From positions 96,001 through 160,000 of the forward strand of contig CAVVUS010000030.1 of assembly GCA_963751345.1 (NCBI GenBank): 64,000 nt of DNA, written 5' to 3'. The DNA comes from an uncultured Chloroflexia bacterium (lineage in GTDB: Bacteria; Chloroflexota; Anaerolineae; B4-G1; SLSP01). Shown piece after piece: positions 9,046 through 19,110 of this stretch (position 1 is its first letter; each line of letters begins with the position of its first letter). The notes under the pieces are model-generated. The model saw only the letters and a program-made list of their open reading frames with translations, was not told the DNA's origin and searched no databases. A program made the translations under genes and the position numbers.

Positions 9046-10532
9046 ATGCCGTTGACTAAGATTGTCTGTACCCTGGGGCCGGCCACAGAAGACCCCGAAG
9101 TGATTCGAGCCATGATCGATGCCGGAATGACCGTGGCGCGTCTGAACTTCTCCCACGGTACCCCAGATCAGAAACGCAGCACAGCCGAGATGGTCCGGCG
9201 GGTTGCGGCCGAAGAGGGCCACTACATCGCGTTGATGGGCGACCTCCAGGGACCCAAGATCCGGGTAGGCACGCTCCCGGAAGATGGGGTGCTGCTGGTC
9301 GAGGGCAGTGAGATCATGCTCACATCCGGCACCGTCCACGACCCGCAGCGAGAGATTCCTTTTCCACATCCCGACATTATCGAGGACGTCAAGGCAGGAG
9401 ATCATTTGCTCCTCGATGACGGAACGTTGGAACTGGTGGCTGTCGCTTCAGATCCGCCCCGGCTCACGTGCCGCGTCGTGGTGGGTGGGATTCTGACGTC
9501 ACATAAAGGTGTGAATCTTCCCGGTGTGAAACTCAGGATCGAGGCACTGACCGAAAAGGACAAGCAGGATGCCCTCGTCGCCCTCGAGCTCAAGGTGGAC
9601 TACCTGGCGCTCTCCTTTGTTCGCAGGGCAACGGATGTCACAGCGCTGCGGGATTACCTGCTCGCGCACGTCGATGCACCCACGACACGTCACGTTGGAG
9701 AAGACCCCCACCAGATCCCGGGGTTGGTCGCGAAGATTGAGAAGCCCGAGGCCCTGGACGATCTTGAGGGCATCGTGCGTGCCTCGGATGGTGTGATGGT
9801 CGCGCGGGGCGATCTTGGCGTCGAAATTGCACCCGAACGAGTGCCCCTGGTCCAGAAACACCTCATCCACCTGAGCAATGTGCTCGGCAAACCCGTCATC
9901 ACCGCGACACAGATGCTCCAGTCGATGATTGATCTACCGCGCCCTACCCGCGCCGAGGCCTCGGACGTGGCAAACGCGATCCTCGACGGCAGCGATGCCG
10001 TGATGCTCTCGGGGGAGACCTCCGTCGGCAAGTATCCTGTCGAGGCAGTCCAGATGATGGCTCGCATCGCCGAGAACGTCGAGGCTGCCGAGGACTTCCC
10101 CTACGACCAGATGCTCGATCTGCCTATCGACGGCGACCAGGCCAACGCCGAGATGGTCACAACGGCCATCAGCAGCGCGACGGTGGCCCTTTCCAAGACC
10201 GCCAGAGTCGCCGCTATCCTCTGCTCCACCGAATCAGGACGCACGGCCCGCATCGTCGCGCGGCACAGGCCCAGAGTGCCCTCTATTGGGGATCACGCCC
10301 TTCCCGACGACGGCCTGCCGTATGCAGTTGATGTGGGGGGTGATCCCAATCGTCGTTGCAGCTTTCCATACCACCGATGAGATGATCCAACGCATGGTCA
10401 ACGCCGCCAACCAGCGTGAGCACGCCAACGTGGGCGACAATATCGTGCTTGACGGCCGGCATCCCGCTTGAGATACACGGCGTGACCAACATGATCAAGG
10501 TGCACACCATCCGCGAGGCCGATCTCGGCTAG
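9046..10532 (+). CDS. pyk: Pyruvate kinase (two apparent frameshifts near 10282 and 10450)
   Basis: TKIVCTLGPA, ARLNFSHG, DLQGPKIR, VAKIEK, MVARGDLG, TATQMLQSM, PTRAEASDVANA. The C-terminus continues in other frames as LGITPF..LMWGV and TAGIPLEIHGVTNMIKVHTI to TAG at 10532. Confidence 0.93.
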
Positions 10533-10545
10533 ACTCAAACCCAAC

Positions 10546-10578
10546 AAAAAGACACCGGGACTTCAAAGTCCCGGTGTC
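10546..10578. terminator. Terminator between convergent genes
   Basis: 12-bp perfect stem GACACCGGGACT/AGTCCCGGTGTC with an A5 tract on the left (T-tract on the minus strand). Confidence 0.8.
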
Positions 10579-10603
10579 CGTACAAACTGACCTGCGCAGT
10601 TGC

Positions 10604-11116
10604 TTAAGCCTGGATCGGGGCCTCAGGCTCCGGCGCGAGATCAACCTCACGATCCATCACAGGCTCGACGACCTTACTGCCTTGTGAGGTACCGCAGTAG
10701 GGGCAGATGTTCCAATCGAGGGCCAGGACCGCGTCGCAGGCGACGCACTTCTTCTTCAGGTGTGTGTGGCAATAGGGGCAATAGATGAAGTCGTCCCGGA
10801 TCTTGGCGCCACAACCGGGACACACCTCGGGTTCTTCGATGGCCTGAAGCAGCGCTTCCTGTTCCAGTGCGTGCTCATACGCCTCGGCGAGCGTTTCACG
10901 GGGGCGGATCAGGAAGTAGACAATCAGACCGGGCAACGTGAGCACGCCGACCATGAAGGTCGCCATAATCTGGACCACGATATCCCGGGTGCGGGCGCGA
11001 ATGTCGCGGAAGGTCCACAAGACCATGCCCAGCCACAGACTGGTGACAAAAACCGCGGTGACCAACGTAAGGACCGTCACCACCTGCGGCAGGATTTCCA
11101 GAAGTTGGTCGATCAT
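10604..11116 (-). CDS. Membrane protein with double zinc ribbon (DZR)
   Basis: Two TM helices, then CPGC..CPYC..CVAC..CPYC. Confidence 0.85.
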   Translation of the reverse strand: MIDQLLEILPQVVTVLTLVTAVFVTSLWLGMVLWTFRDIRARTRDIVVQIMATFMVGVLTLPGLIVYFLIRPRETLAEAYEHALEQEALLQAIEEPEVCPGCGAKIRDDFIYCPYCHTHLKKKCVACDAVLALDWNICPYCGTSQGSKVVEPVMDREVDLAPEPEAPIQA

Positions 11117-11235
11117 TTACTAAGGACTCCTTCGGCCGAATTAGGGACGCAATGAGACCCCGGCCAGGATATTAGAGGCGTTGCGCTAGCTTAAGCGCAG
11201 AAAATTATACCATCGCCCATAGGGGAGGCAAGCCG

Positions 11236-11931
11236 ATGAGCTATATCACGGTCAAAGAGATGCCGATCGAAGAGCGACCTCGCGAGCGTCTGATGCGTGC
11301 GGGACCTCAAGCGCTCTCCACCGCGGAGCTTCTGGCGATCATCCTGCGCGTGGGCGTTGGCGGTGAGAATGTGCTGACTATGGCAAGCCGCATCCTCGCC
11401 AACCACAATGGGCTCAGCGGACTTGCGCGGGCTGACTTCGCCCAGCTTGCCGCCGAGCGGGGGCTTGGTCCGGCAAAGACGGCGCAGATCCTGGCAGCCC
11501 TCGAACTTGGCCGGCGCCTGATGGCAGAAAGCCCGGAAGAGCGCTGGCAGATCCGGGCGCCCAGCGATGCTGCGCATGTCCTGATGCCGAAAATCGGCTT
11601 CCAGCAGCAGGAACACTTCGTCGTCCTCTACCTGGATACGCGCAATCGCGTCATCGACCAGGAGGTCCTCTACGTGGGCAGCCTCAACACGTCGTTGGTG
11701 CGCATCGCCGAGGTATTCCGCGGCGCGGTTCGGCGCAATTGCGCAGCCGTGATCGTGGCCCACAATCACCCGTCGGGTGATCCCAACCCATCGCCCGAGG
11801 ATGTGGCACTGACCCGGCGGCTCGTCGATGCAGGCAAGCTGCTCGAGGTGGATGTCCTCGATCACCTCGTGATCGGCCAGAATCGATATGTGAGCCTGCG
11901 TGAGCGCGCCCTGGGCTTTGAGGCCGCGTGA
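11236..11931 (+). CDS. radC: RadC/UPF0758 JAB-domain protein
   Basis: ERPRERL, LSTAELLAIIL, HhH GLGPAK, AHNHPSGDPNPSPED, VLDHLVIG. Confidence 0.95.
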   Translation: MSYITVKEMPIEERPRERLMRAGPQALSTAELLAIILRVGVGGENVLTMASRILANHNGLSGLARADFAQLAAERGLGPAKTAQILAALELGRRLMAESPEERWQIRAPSDAAHVLMPKIGFQQQEHFVVLYLDTRNRVIDQEVLYVGSLNTSLVRIAEVFRGAVRRNCAAVIVAHNHPSGDPNPSPEDVALTRRLVDAGKLLEVDVLDHLVIGQNRYVSLRERALGFEAA

Positions 11932-11934
11932 GAA

Positions 11935-11994
11935 AAACCTTTGGGGTTTCCCTGTAGTGTAAGCACCTGCTTAACAGAGAAACCCCAAAGGTTT
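11935..11994. terminator. Long inverted repeat, likely a bidirectional terminator
   Basis: 16-bp perfect arms AAACCTTTGGGGTTTC/GAAACCCCAAAGGTTT enclosing an inner stem TAAGCA/TGCTTA, between convergent genes. Confidence 0.75.
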
Positions 11995-12015
11995 CTTCCC
12001 TACGGACCCGCCTGC

Positions 12016-13203
12016 TCAGAAGCGTAACTCGGGATCGACCGGATAACGGGCGCGGAAGATCGTGCCCTCATCTGGCTGCGAGGTAAAGGTAATCTTGCCC
12101 TCAAGATAGCGCTCGGTGAGCATTCTCATACTGTAGGTACCCAGCCCGCGGCCCTCGCCCTTCGTCGTAAAAGAGCGGTGAAAGATCTGCCGCTGCACGG
12201 ACTCACTCATCACGGTCAGGTTACGCACCCAGAACTCGACCGCGGCTATGTGGGTATGCGGCTTGCCGTTTGTAACGCTTAGCGGGCGACACCCGACGAT
12301 GATGGTCGAATCCGGCGCTTCCGCATCCAGAGCGTTTCGAATCATATTGTCCAGGACGCGCCGCAATTTGACCGGATCGATGACGAACGTCACGTCGTCG
12401 CTATCAGGATCAAGCAGCAACCGGCCCCTCTGCGCTTCACTGTAGTCCGGATAAGATTGCAGAAGATCCTCGAGGAATGCTCGCGATCTCACCTCAACCG
12501 GTCTCAACTTGAGTTCGTTGCGCTCCATCGTTGCCAGGTCGCGTTGGGCCTGGATCTCCTCGGTCAGTCGCAAGACCGCTTTTCGGATCGTCCCCCACGC
12601 CAGCCCCGTTTCGTCCCCTCCCGCCTCATCCACAAGATCAACGGCGGCGCGCAGCTTCTGCACAGTATTCAGGACATCGTGAAAGAAGATCCGCTCCAGC
12701 GCTTGCCGGCGTTTCTGATCGCTGATATCGGTGATCGTCAGCATTGTGAAGACGTCGCCGCCCACCTGAAAGGTCCTGCTTGAGACCCGCACGTCAAGGG
12801 CTTCCGGAGGCTCGTCAGGCGGTCTGACGATGTGTGCCTCTTCCGCCTGCAATGCCCGGATCGTGGACTCTTCCATGGCACGTGCCGCACCACAATAGCG
12901 GCAGAAAGGTGACGTGCCGCATCCACCCTCTCCCTGCAGCACGTGGCTACACCCAAGCGCCTCACCCGGGCGCAATCCAATCAACGACTCTGCCGCGTCA
13001 GCACCGACGAAGCCTACCATCGCCTCGTTGGCGTAGACGATCTGGCGATTGGCGTTCACCGCCACGATAGGGACCGGCACGGCAGCGAGGGCCGCGGTCA
13101 CCGCACTCAAACAAGAGACAGCAATCGCTTGTCTCCGGAGATCATCCTCCGGCGTGCGCTCCAACGACGCCAGCTTAACTGGCGATACCTCTGATAGAGC
13201 CAT
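12016..13203 (-). CDS. Cytoplasmic sensor histidine kinase with Cys-rich PAS-like domain
   Basis: PAS-like region with GEALGC..GCGTSPFCRYCG; H-box IFFHDVLN; NMIRNALDA; FTTKGEGRGLG. Confidence 0.88.
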   Translation of the reverse strand: MALSEVSPVKLASLERTPEDDLRRQAIAVSCLSAVTAALAAVPVPIVAVNANRQIVYANEAMVGFVGADAAESLIGLRPGEALGCSHVLQGEGGCGTSPFCRYCGAARAMEESTIRALQAEEAHIVRPPDEPPEALDVRVSSRTFQVGGDVFTMLTITDISDQKRRQALERIFFHDVLNTVQKLRAAVDLVDEAGGDETGLAWGTIRKAVLRLTEEIQAQRDLATMERNELKLRPVEVRSRAFLEDLLQSYPDYSEAQRGRLLLDPDSDDVTFVIDPVKLRRVLDNMIRNALDAEAPDSTIIVGCRPLSVTNGKPHTHIAAVEFWVRNLTVMSESVQRQIFHRSFTTKGEGRGLGTYSMRMLTERYLEGKITFTSQPDEGTIFRARYPVDPELRF

Positions 13204-13247
13204 TTTACTTCCTCATCATCGGGCCCGAGACCGCGGTGCCCTGTAGT

Positions 13248-13898
13248 TTACCCAACCTCACCCGCGTCTTCATCAATCAACTGGGGGTATGCGGCCTTGA
13301 CCTCGGCCAGAGCGTCACCGAAGACGGTCGGGGCATAGGGCACAAGCTGCTTGAGCATCTCGATCGCCATCCGGCGTATCTCCCATTGTGCCTCCGGCGA
13401 GATGCGCAGCCGGAAAAAGTGGCGCAGCTCGCGGAAGTTCATCGTCACGATGATGCGCGTCTCCACAGCATTCGGAAGAACGAAGCGGGCGTCCTCTTTT
13501 CGCACGCCTCGCGCCCGAAGCTTGCGGTAAGTATCCTTGACATAAGCCTGGAACTCGGCCCAGGTCGCACGGGATTCCTCGTCCTCTTCGATCGCATCGG
13601 GAACTACCAGCACCGGCTCCGACATATCGACGTACCGCTGGCTCTCCTGGCTATAGGAGGCCAGACGGTGACGCACGAGCTGGTGGGAGCAAGCACGGCT
13701 GATCCCGGATATCTCAAAAGTGGCGCTCGCGTGTTCGATGATGCTCTCGTGACCTTCTTTCAGTCGTGCCCGGAGAAACGCAGCCGGATCGCCCTTGCCT
13801 CGGCTACGATAGCAGACACGGCCGGCATGCTCGATCAGGCGCTCGGCACCTCCACTGTCTCGAAGGTATTGGGTAATGGCGATGAGTTCAACCTTCAT
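13248..13898 (-). CDS. thyX: FAD-dependent thymidylate synthase
   Basis: GHESIIEHAS, HQLVRHRLASYSQESQRY, EDARFVLP, MNFRELRHF, AQWEIR. Confidence 0.96.
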   Translation of the reverse strand: MKVELIAITQYLRDSGGAERLIEHAGRVCYRSRGKGDPAAFLRARLKEGHESIIEHASATFEISGISRACSHQLVRHRLASYSQESQRYVDMSEPVLVVPDAIEEDEESRATWAEFQAYVKDTYRKLRARGVRKEDARFVLPNAVETRIIVTMNFRELRHFFRLRISPEAQWEIRRMAIEMLKQLVPYAPTVFGDALAEVKAAYPQLIDEDAGEVG

Positions 13899-13908
13899 AT
13901 CTGGCCCC

Positions 13909-15252
13909 TTAGGACATCTCGATAGCGACTGCGCGTTGTGCCATCTCAGATCGCAGCCGGGATGAGTCTTTCGGGTAGGTGAAATAGAACCCCGAATAGA
14001 GGACAGCACAGATGATCCAGGGGAAGGGGATGGTCCAGAGCAACGCCCGGGTGAGTCCCATTGCATCGGCCAAGCTCCCGGCAACATACGCAGCCAATGC
14101 AGCGAAGCCGCTCTCGATGAACGTCGTCATGGCGAAAGCAGTCGCGCGAAGTTCGGGCGTCACCACACCCTGCATCATGGGCTCCTTGGCTCCCTTCCCG
14201 GGCCAACTGATCAGCAGCGCCGTGAGAAAACAGAGCGCAAAAAGCCGCCAGAAGCCCCAGGTTGCTGTCTGGGTGAAGAGGACATAGGTCAGCGGAATCC
14301 CGCTCACAATTGAGATCTGCCCGACGATCGTCCGTCCATACTTGGGATTCCTGCCCTCGGCCCAGTCTCCCAGGACCCCACCGATGACGTTGCTGATTGC
14401 CGTACCGACGACGATGGCAGCAAAGGCCAACGTCGCACTGCCCACCGGGTGGTTGAAGGTGATCGCCTCAGTCATCCCCCGTACGTCGACCAACCACGTG
14501 ATGAGGTAGAGGCCCAGCACCACCCACGGCATACTGCCTGCCAATCCCTGCGCAATCGCCACCCAGATTGTGGGAATCGAGAGCACCCGCCACACGTCAG
14601 AGAGCTGTGCGCGGTAGTGTGCGGCAGCGGCCTCCGTAATCTTGCCGGCCAACTCCGGCTCGGCGCTCCCACGGACAGGCTCTTTGACAAACACCGCGAC
14701 GAAGAGACCGGAGACAACGCTGAAGCCGCCCAGAAGGAAGAAACCCCAACGCCACAGCGTGGGTGTCGCGAGCATACCCAGGCCCAGTGTGCCCACGATG
14801 ATGCCCGTCACGCCGACCGACTCAAGCGTTCCCAACGCCCTGCCCCGGCGGTGGGGCGGGAAAATGTCCGACATCAGCGAGAAAGTGGCAGGCATCAGAC
14901 AACCCAGCCCAATCCCAGAAACAGCACGAATCGCCAGCAGTTGGCCGAAGTTCTGGGCAAGCCCGCAGGCTAACGTCCAGAGCCCCCAGATCCCGGTGCC
15001 GAAGATGATGACCTTCTTGCGTGAGAACCGGTCCGCAGCGAAGCCCCAGAACGGCGCGCTGATCGACTGAAGGATATTACGAACTGTGCCAATGGCGCCC
15101 AGCGCGGTGTAATCCAGCCCCCATAGCACCTTGATCGTCGGGAAGAGAACGGACATGGCCTGCCCTTCCCCTTGATCGATGAAATAGCCGAAAGCCAGTG
15201 CGATAAGCGTCCAAACGCGAGATCGTTTTTCGGGGACGGTTTCGGAAGCCAT
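13909..15252 (-). CDS. MFS transporter
   Basis: About 12 hydrophobic segments; motif A-like WGFAADRFSRKKV. Confidence 0.9.
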   Translation of the reverse strand: MASETVPEKRSRVWTLIALAFGYFIDQGEGQAMSVLFPTIKVLWGLDYTALGAIGTVRNILQSISAPFWGFAADRFSRKKVIIFGTGIWGLWTLACGLAQNFGQLLAIRAVSGIGLGCLMPATFSLMSDIFPPHRRGRALGTLESVGVTGIIVGTLGLGMLATPTLWRWGFFLLGGFSVVSGLFVAVFVKEPVRGSAEPELAGKITEAAAAHYRAQLSDVWRVLSIPTIWVAIAQGLAGSMPWVVLGLYLITWLVDVRGMTEAITFNHPVGSATLAFAAIVVGTAISNVIGGVLGDWAEGRNPKYGRTIVGQISIVSGIPLTYVLFTQTATWGFWRLFALCFLTALLISWPGKGAKEPMMQGVVTPELRATAFAMTTFIESGFAALAAYVAGSLADAMGLTRALLWTIPFPWIICAVLYSGFYFTYPKDSSRLRSEMAQRAVAIEMS

Positions 15253-15294
15253 GTCACCTCGTAGAGACTGGAGTAGGAGGGTTGGGCTGGAACC

Positions 15295-18200
15295 TTACTT
15301 GACCACGATGCTCACGAGCTGCCCGCGGGGAACAATAATCTTGAGAACCCTCTTGCCTTCCAGGTAACGCTGGACGTTGGCATCGGCGAGCGCGGCGGCC
15401 TTGATCGCCTCCTCGTCCGCCTGCGCCGGCAGCGTGACGCGTCCGCGCACCTTGCCGTTGACCTGGACGGGGATCTCCACCGTATCCTCAACCAACATCG
15501 CTTCGTCCCAGGTAGGCCACGCCTGCTGGTGAATGCTGTAGGGCTGCCCCTGTCTCGCCCAAAGCTCCTCCGCGAAGTGCGGCGCAATCGGGGCCAGTAG
15601 CAACAGGAGCGTGTTGACACTTTCGTGCCAGAGATCGCTCTGCCAATAGGCAGGCTTCGCCTTGCCGAGAGCATTGGTCAGCTCCATCAACCGGGCAATC
15701 GTCGTGTTGAAGCTGAAAGTCTCCATATCCTCGGTAACGCTCTGGATCCCATAGTGCACGGCACGCAGCAGTTCCCGCGCGGCGGCATCGTCCGGCACGT
15801 CAGTCTCGCCCGGAGCCTCCAGTACCAGGTTCCAGATACGGTTGAGCCACCTGGACACACCCCCGATGCCCTGGCTATCCCAGGGTCCGCCCTGCTCCCA
15901 GCGCCATCCGAACATCAGGTAGGCCCGGACGGTATCAGCCCCGTACACGGCCACGAGGTCATCAGGCGATACGACGTTCTTCTTGCTCTTGGACATCTTC
16001 TCGACATCCAGGTGATAGAGCACGTCGCCCATACTCCCATGGCCTTCCTTGCCGGGAATCAGGACCTCCATCTCCTCGTCCACCAGCACCACCACCAGAT
16101 TGCCGGCCTCGCTCGTCCGCACCTTCAGGCTGACCTCGTCGCGATCCATCACCTCACCGCAGACACGACCGTCATCTCGCGCGAAGGCGGGCCAGGCAGC
16201 CTGATCCTCGAAGCTGTAGACGGTGATGCTCTTGGCCTGAAAGGCGGCACCATCCCAGCTCCCCCGAACGTCAACACAATCACCGGAACGGGGCTCGCCC
16301 AGGATGATGCCCTGGTTGCGCAGTTGCAGCATCGGCTCATCGAAGTTCAACACGCCGGCATCTCGCAGCGCCTTGGTGAAGAACCGAGTGTAGAGCAGAT
16401 GCAGCACCGCGTGCTCGGCCCCTCCCGTATACGTGTCGACGGGGGCCCAATAGGCCTGCTCCACCGGGTCCCAGGGCATTGCGTCGCCGGTCACCGGTTC
16501 GCCCTCGCGATAGTAGGGGCTCAGGTAGGCGTACTGGTACCAGGAAGAGCAGACAAAAGTGTCCATCGTGTCCGTCTCGCGGGTTGCGGGTCCGCCGCAC
16601 TGCGGACAGGTCGTGTTCAAGAAGCCCTCATGGTACTTGAGAGGACTCTCGCCGGTAGGCATGAAATCGACGTCATCGGGCAGCAGGACCGGCAGATCCT
16701 CATAGGGCACAGGGACAATGCCGCATTTGTCGCAATAGACGATAGGAATCGGAGCGCCCCAATAGCGCTGGCGGCTTACCAGCCAGTCACGCAACCGGTA
16801 GTTGATCGCGGCCTCGCCCACTCCCTTATCGGCCAACCAAGCCGTGACCTTGGCCACGGCTTCCTCGCCGGGAGTGCCGCCGAAGGGGCCCGAGTTAATC
16901 ATCATACCGTGCTCGTGGTGGAAGAGCACGTCGCTATAGAACTCACAGTGCTGGAGCATCTCCATCACCGTACGATTGTCGCCGACCGGCGGATAGAGCG
17001 CCTTGCAGCGCTCCAGGATCTCCTGGTCGGACGCTACGGAGTCCAGCTGCTTGACCCCATCCTCGAAGATGAAATACCAACCGGTGCCGACCACCTCGTT
17101 CCAGTTGCCCGGAAGCAGATGATCGCGCACGAGCTGCACATAGCGGTCGATTTCGTCGTCGCCCTGGAGGCTGACGTAGAGACCCTCGCCGACGTCGCCC
17201 ACAGGCCCGGGCTTATACTCGATGCCGGCGTCGTCCAGCTTGGCAGCAAATCCCTCGGGCACCGAACCCGGCCACACGAGGCTCTTGGCCCTGCGATCAG
17301 GCCGTGCAATAACCGGGATGACCGGAAGACCAAACTTCACGGCGAACGCCAAGTCGCGTTCGTCGTGCGCGGCCACGGCCATGATCGCGCCCGTCCCGTA
17401 ACCCATCATCACGTAATCGGCCACCCAGATGGGGATATGCGCTCCGTTGACCGGGTTGATGGCGTACGCCCCGGTGAAGACCCCCGTCTTCTCCTTTTCG
17501 GTGCTCAGTCGCTCGATCTCGCTCTGCCGTCCGGCCTGGAACTGGTACTCGTGGATTGCAGCGTGATATTCGGACTTGGTGATCACATTGACCAGGGGAT
17601 GCTCCGGAGCCAGCACCATAAAGGTGGCGCCCCACAGCGTGTCCGGACGCGTGGTGAACACGACCAGGTCACCGGTTCCGGGCTCCGCATCCTCGGGCAG
17701 ATCCTCAGGCGCGACCTTGAAGACGACCTCGGCTCCCTCGCTGCGTCCGATCCAGTTGGTCTGCAACAGCCGAATGCGCTCGGGCCAGTCAATCTTCGAG
17801 AAGTCCAGCAGCTCCTCGGTATAGTTCGTGATCTTCCAGAACCACTGTTCCAGGTCCTTCTTGATGACCGGGGACCCGCAGCGTTCGCAGATACGCTCCT
17901 CACCGATAACCTGTTCCCGCGCCAGCGTCGTCTTACACGAGGGACAGTAGTCTACGGGCGACATCTTGCGATAGGCGAGCCCCATATCGTAGAACTTGCG
18001 GAAGAACCACTCGCTCCAGCGATAGTAACCGGGCAGGCAAGAGATCGCCTCACGGTCCCAATCGATCATCGCGCCCATCGTGTGAAGCTGCTGTCGCTCG
18101 CGATCGATGTTGGCCAGCGTCCACTCCTTGGGGTGGATCCCACGCTGGATCGCCGCGTTCTCGGCCGGCAGGCCAAAGGCATCGAACCCCATGGGGAACA

Positions 18201-18420
18201 TCACGTTGAATCCCTGCATCCGCTTGAACCGGGCCCGCACATCGCTCGGCGCCATGGCATACCAGTGGCCGATGTGGATGTCGCCGCTGGGATACGGAAG
18301 CATCGTAAGGGCATAGAACTTGGGGCGCGTCTCGTCAATGACGGCCTTGTAGAGCTCGTCATGCTCCCATTTCTGCTGCCACTTCGGCTCGATCTCCCGC
18401 GGATTATAGGGCTCCGGCAT
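15295..18420 (-). CDS. leuS: Leucine--tRNA ligase with two extra insertions
   Basis: MLPYPSG, HIGH, GFDAFGLPAENAA, FTTRPDT, GTGAIMAV, DWLVSRQRYWG, KMSKS, PVQVNGKVRG; AAGGAGG RBS before the ATG at 18420. Confidence 0.97.
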   Translation of the reverse strand: MPEPYNPREIEPKWQQKWEHDELYKAVIDETRPKFYALTMLPYPSGDIHIGHWYAMAPSDVRARFKRMQGFNVMFPMGFDAFGLPAENAAIQRGIHPKEWTLANIDRERQQLHTMGAMIDWDREAISCLPGYYRWSEWFFRKFYDMGLAYRKMSPVDYCPSCKTTLAREQVIGEERICERCGSPVIKKDLEQWFWKITNYTEELLDFSKIDWPERIRLLQTNWIGRSEGAEVVFKVAPEDLPEDAEPGTGDLVVFTTRPDTLWGATFMVLAPEHPLVNVITKSEYHAAIHEYQFQAGRQSEIERLSTEKEKTGVFTGAYAINPVNGAHIPIWVADYVMMGYGTGAIMAVAAHDERDLAFAVKFGLPVIPVIARPDRRAKSLVWPGSVPEGFAAKLDDAGIEYKPGPVGDVGEGLYVSLQGDDEIDRYVQLVRDHLLPGNWNEVVGTGWYFIFEDGVKQLDSVASDQEILERCKALYPPVGDNRTVMEMLQHCEFYSDVLFHHEHGMMINSGPFGGTPGEEAVAKVTAWLADKGVGEAAINYRLRDWLVSRQRYWGAPIPIVYCDKCGIVPVPYEDLPVLLPDDVDFMPTGESPLKYHEGFLNTTCPQCGGPATRETDTMDTFVCSSWYQYAYLSPYYREGEPVTGDAMPWDPVEQAYWAPVDTYTGGAEHAVLHLLYTRFFTKALRDAGVLNFDEPMLQLRNQGIILGEPRSGDCVDVRGSWDGAAFQAKSITVYSFEDQAAWPAFARDDGRVCGEVMDRDEVSLKVRTSEAGNLVVVLVDEEMEVLIPGKEGHGSMGDVLYHLDVEKMSKSKKNVVSPDDLVAVYGADTVRAYLMFGWRWEQGGPWDSQGIGGVSRWLNRIWNLVLEAPGETDVPDDAAARELLRAVHYGIQSVTEDMETFSFNTTIARLMELTNALGKAKPAYWQSDLWHESVNTLLLLLAPIAPHFAEELWARQGQPYSIHQQAWPTWDEAMLVEDTVEIPVQVNGKVRGRVTLPAQADEEAIKAAALADANVQRYLEGKRVLKIIVPRGQLVSIVVK

Positions 18421-18508
18421 TGATGTTCCTCCTTGGAAAACAATACGATATCCGCGCCATTGTACCGCAGCGGATGGAAATTGCCAGATAAGCGTGCGTC
18501 GGCATGCG

Positions 18509-19069
18509 TCAGAGGACAAACTGGGGCAGGACGGCTTCGCAGAGATAGACCGCGTCGGCGGGATGGTAGAACCGCATGCCGGCAGCAGATGCTGCAGCGG
18601 CATCTATGGTGAGGACAACCGGTTCAGAGGCATACCGGAGCGCGTCCTCTCGCGCGAGGTCCGGATTCGAGGTGAGGTGAACGTACTGCCGCTCCCCCGG
18701 CTGCAGCCCCTGGCGGCGGATCCCGTCCACGTCCTCGGGCACAGCCCCATAGTAAAGCTTCTCAGGGGGATCGACCGGCTCATACGTTGGACGGAGCGCC
18801 GTATGGCCATAGAGCGCACGGATCCGGCGGGTGCCGGTCTCCGTCTCGACCACCTCGAAGCGCGCGCGACCGGGGAGGTCAAGCACGGCCTCGATATCCC
18901 GCAAGCCGGCCCACCGGAAATTGGGCAGCGCATGTACGATGTGCAGCACCTCATCAAGGTCTGCAAAACCCTGCGCGTCCAGACGAATGGGAAAGCGGGC
19001 CGGTTGGTGGCGCAGCAGCATCGAGAGAAAGCGGCTGAGTTTGGTCAACTGGTAGTGGTGCTTATTCAC
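18509..19069 (-). CDS. kptA: RNA 2'-phosphotransferase, Tpt1/KptA family
   Basis: LSRFLSMLLRH, RFE, RIRALYGH, GLQPGERQYVHLT; GTG start. Confidence 0.88.
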   Translation of the reverse strand: MNKHHYQLTKLSRFLSMLLRHQPARFPIRLDAQGFADLDEVLHIVHALPNFRWAGLRDIEAVLDLPGRARFEVVETETGTRRIRALYGHTALRPTYEPVDPPEKLYYGAVPEDVDGIRRQGLQPGERQYVHLTSNPDLAREDALRYASEPVVLTIDAAAASAAGMRFYHPADAVYLCEAVLPQFVL

Positions 19070-19110
19070 GCCCGCACACCTTCCCGGCCCTTCTCAGCCC
19101 TTCGCCCTCG

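Noticed and set aside
11236-11931. RadC as a marker of a mobile element or defence island
   Set aside because: Full-length chromosomal type with an N-terminal HhH region and ordinary neighbours.
15625-18423. 932-aa plus-strand ORF and other long antisense ORFs (for example 4226-5146, 57693-58601)
   Set aside because: Shadow ORFs antisense to well-supported genes, expected in high-GC DNA; no recognisable motifs.
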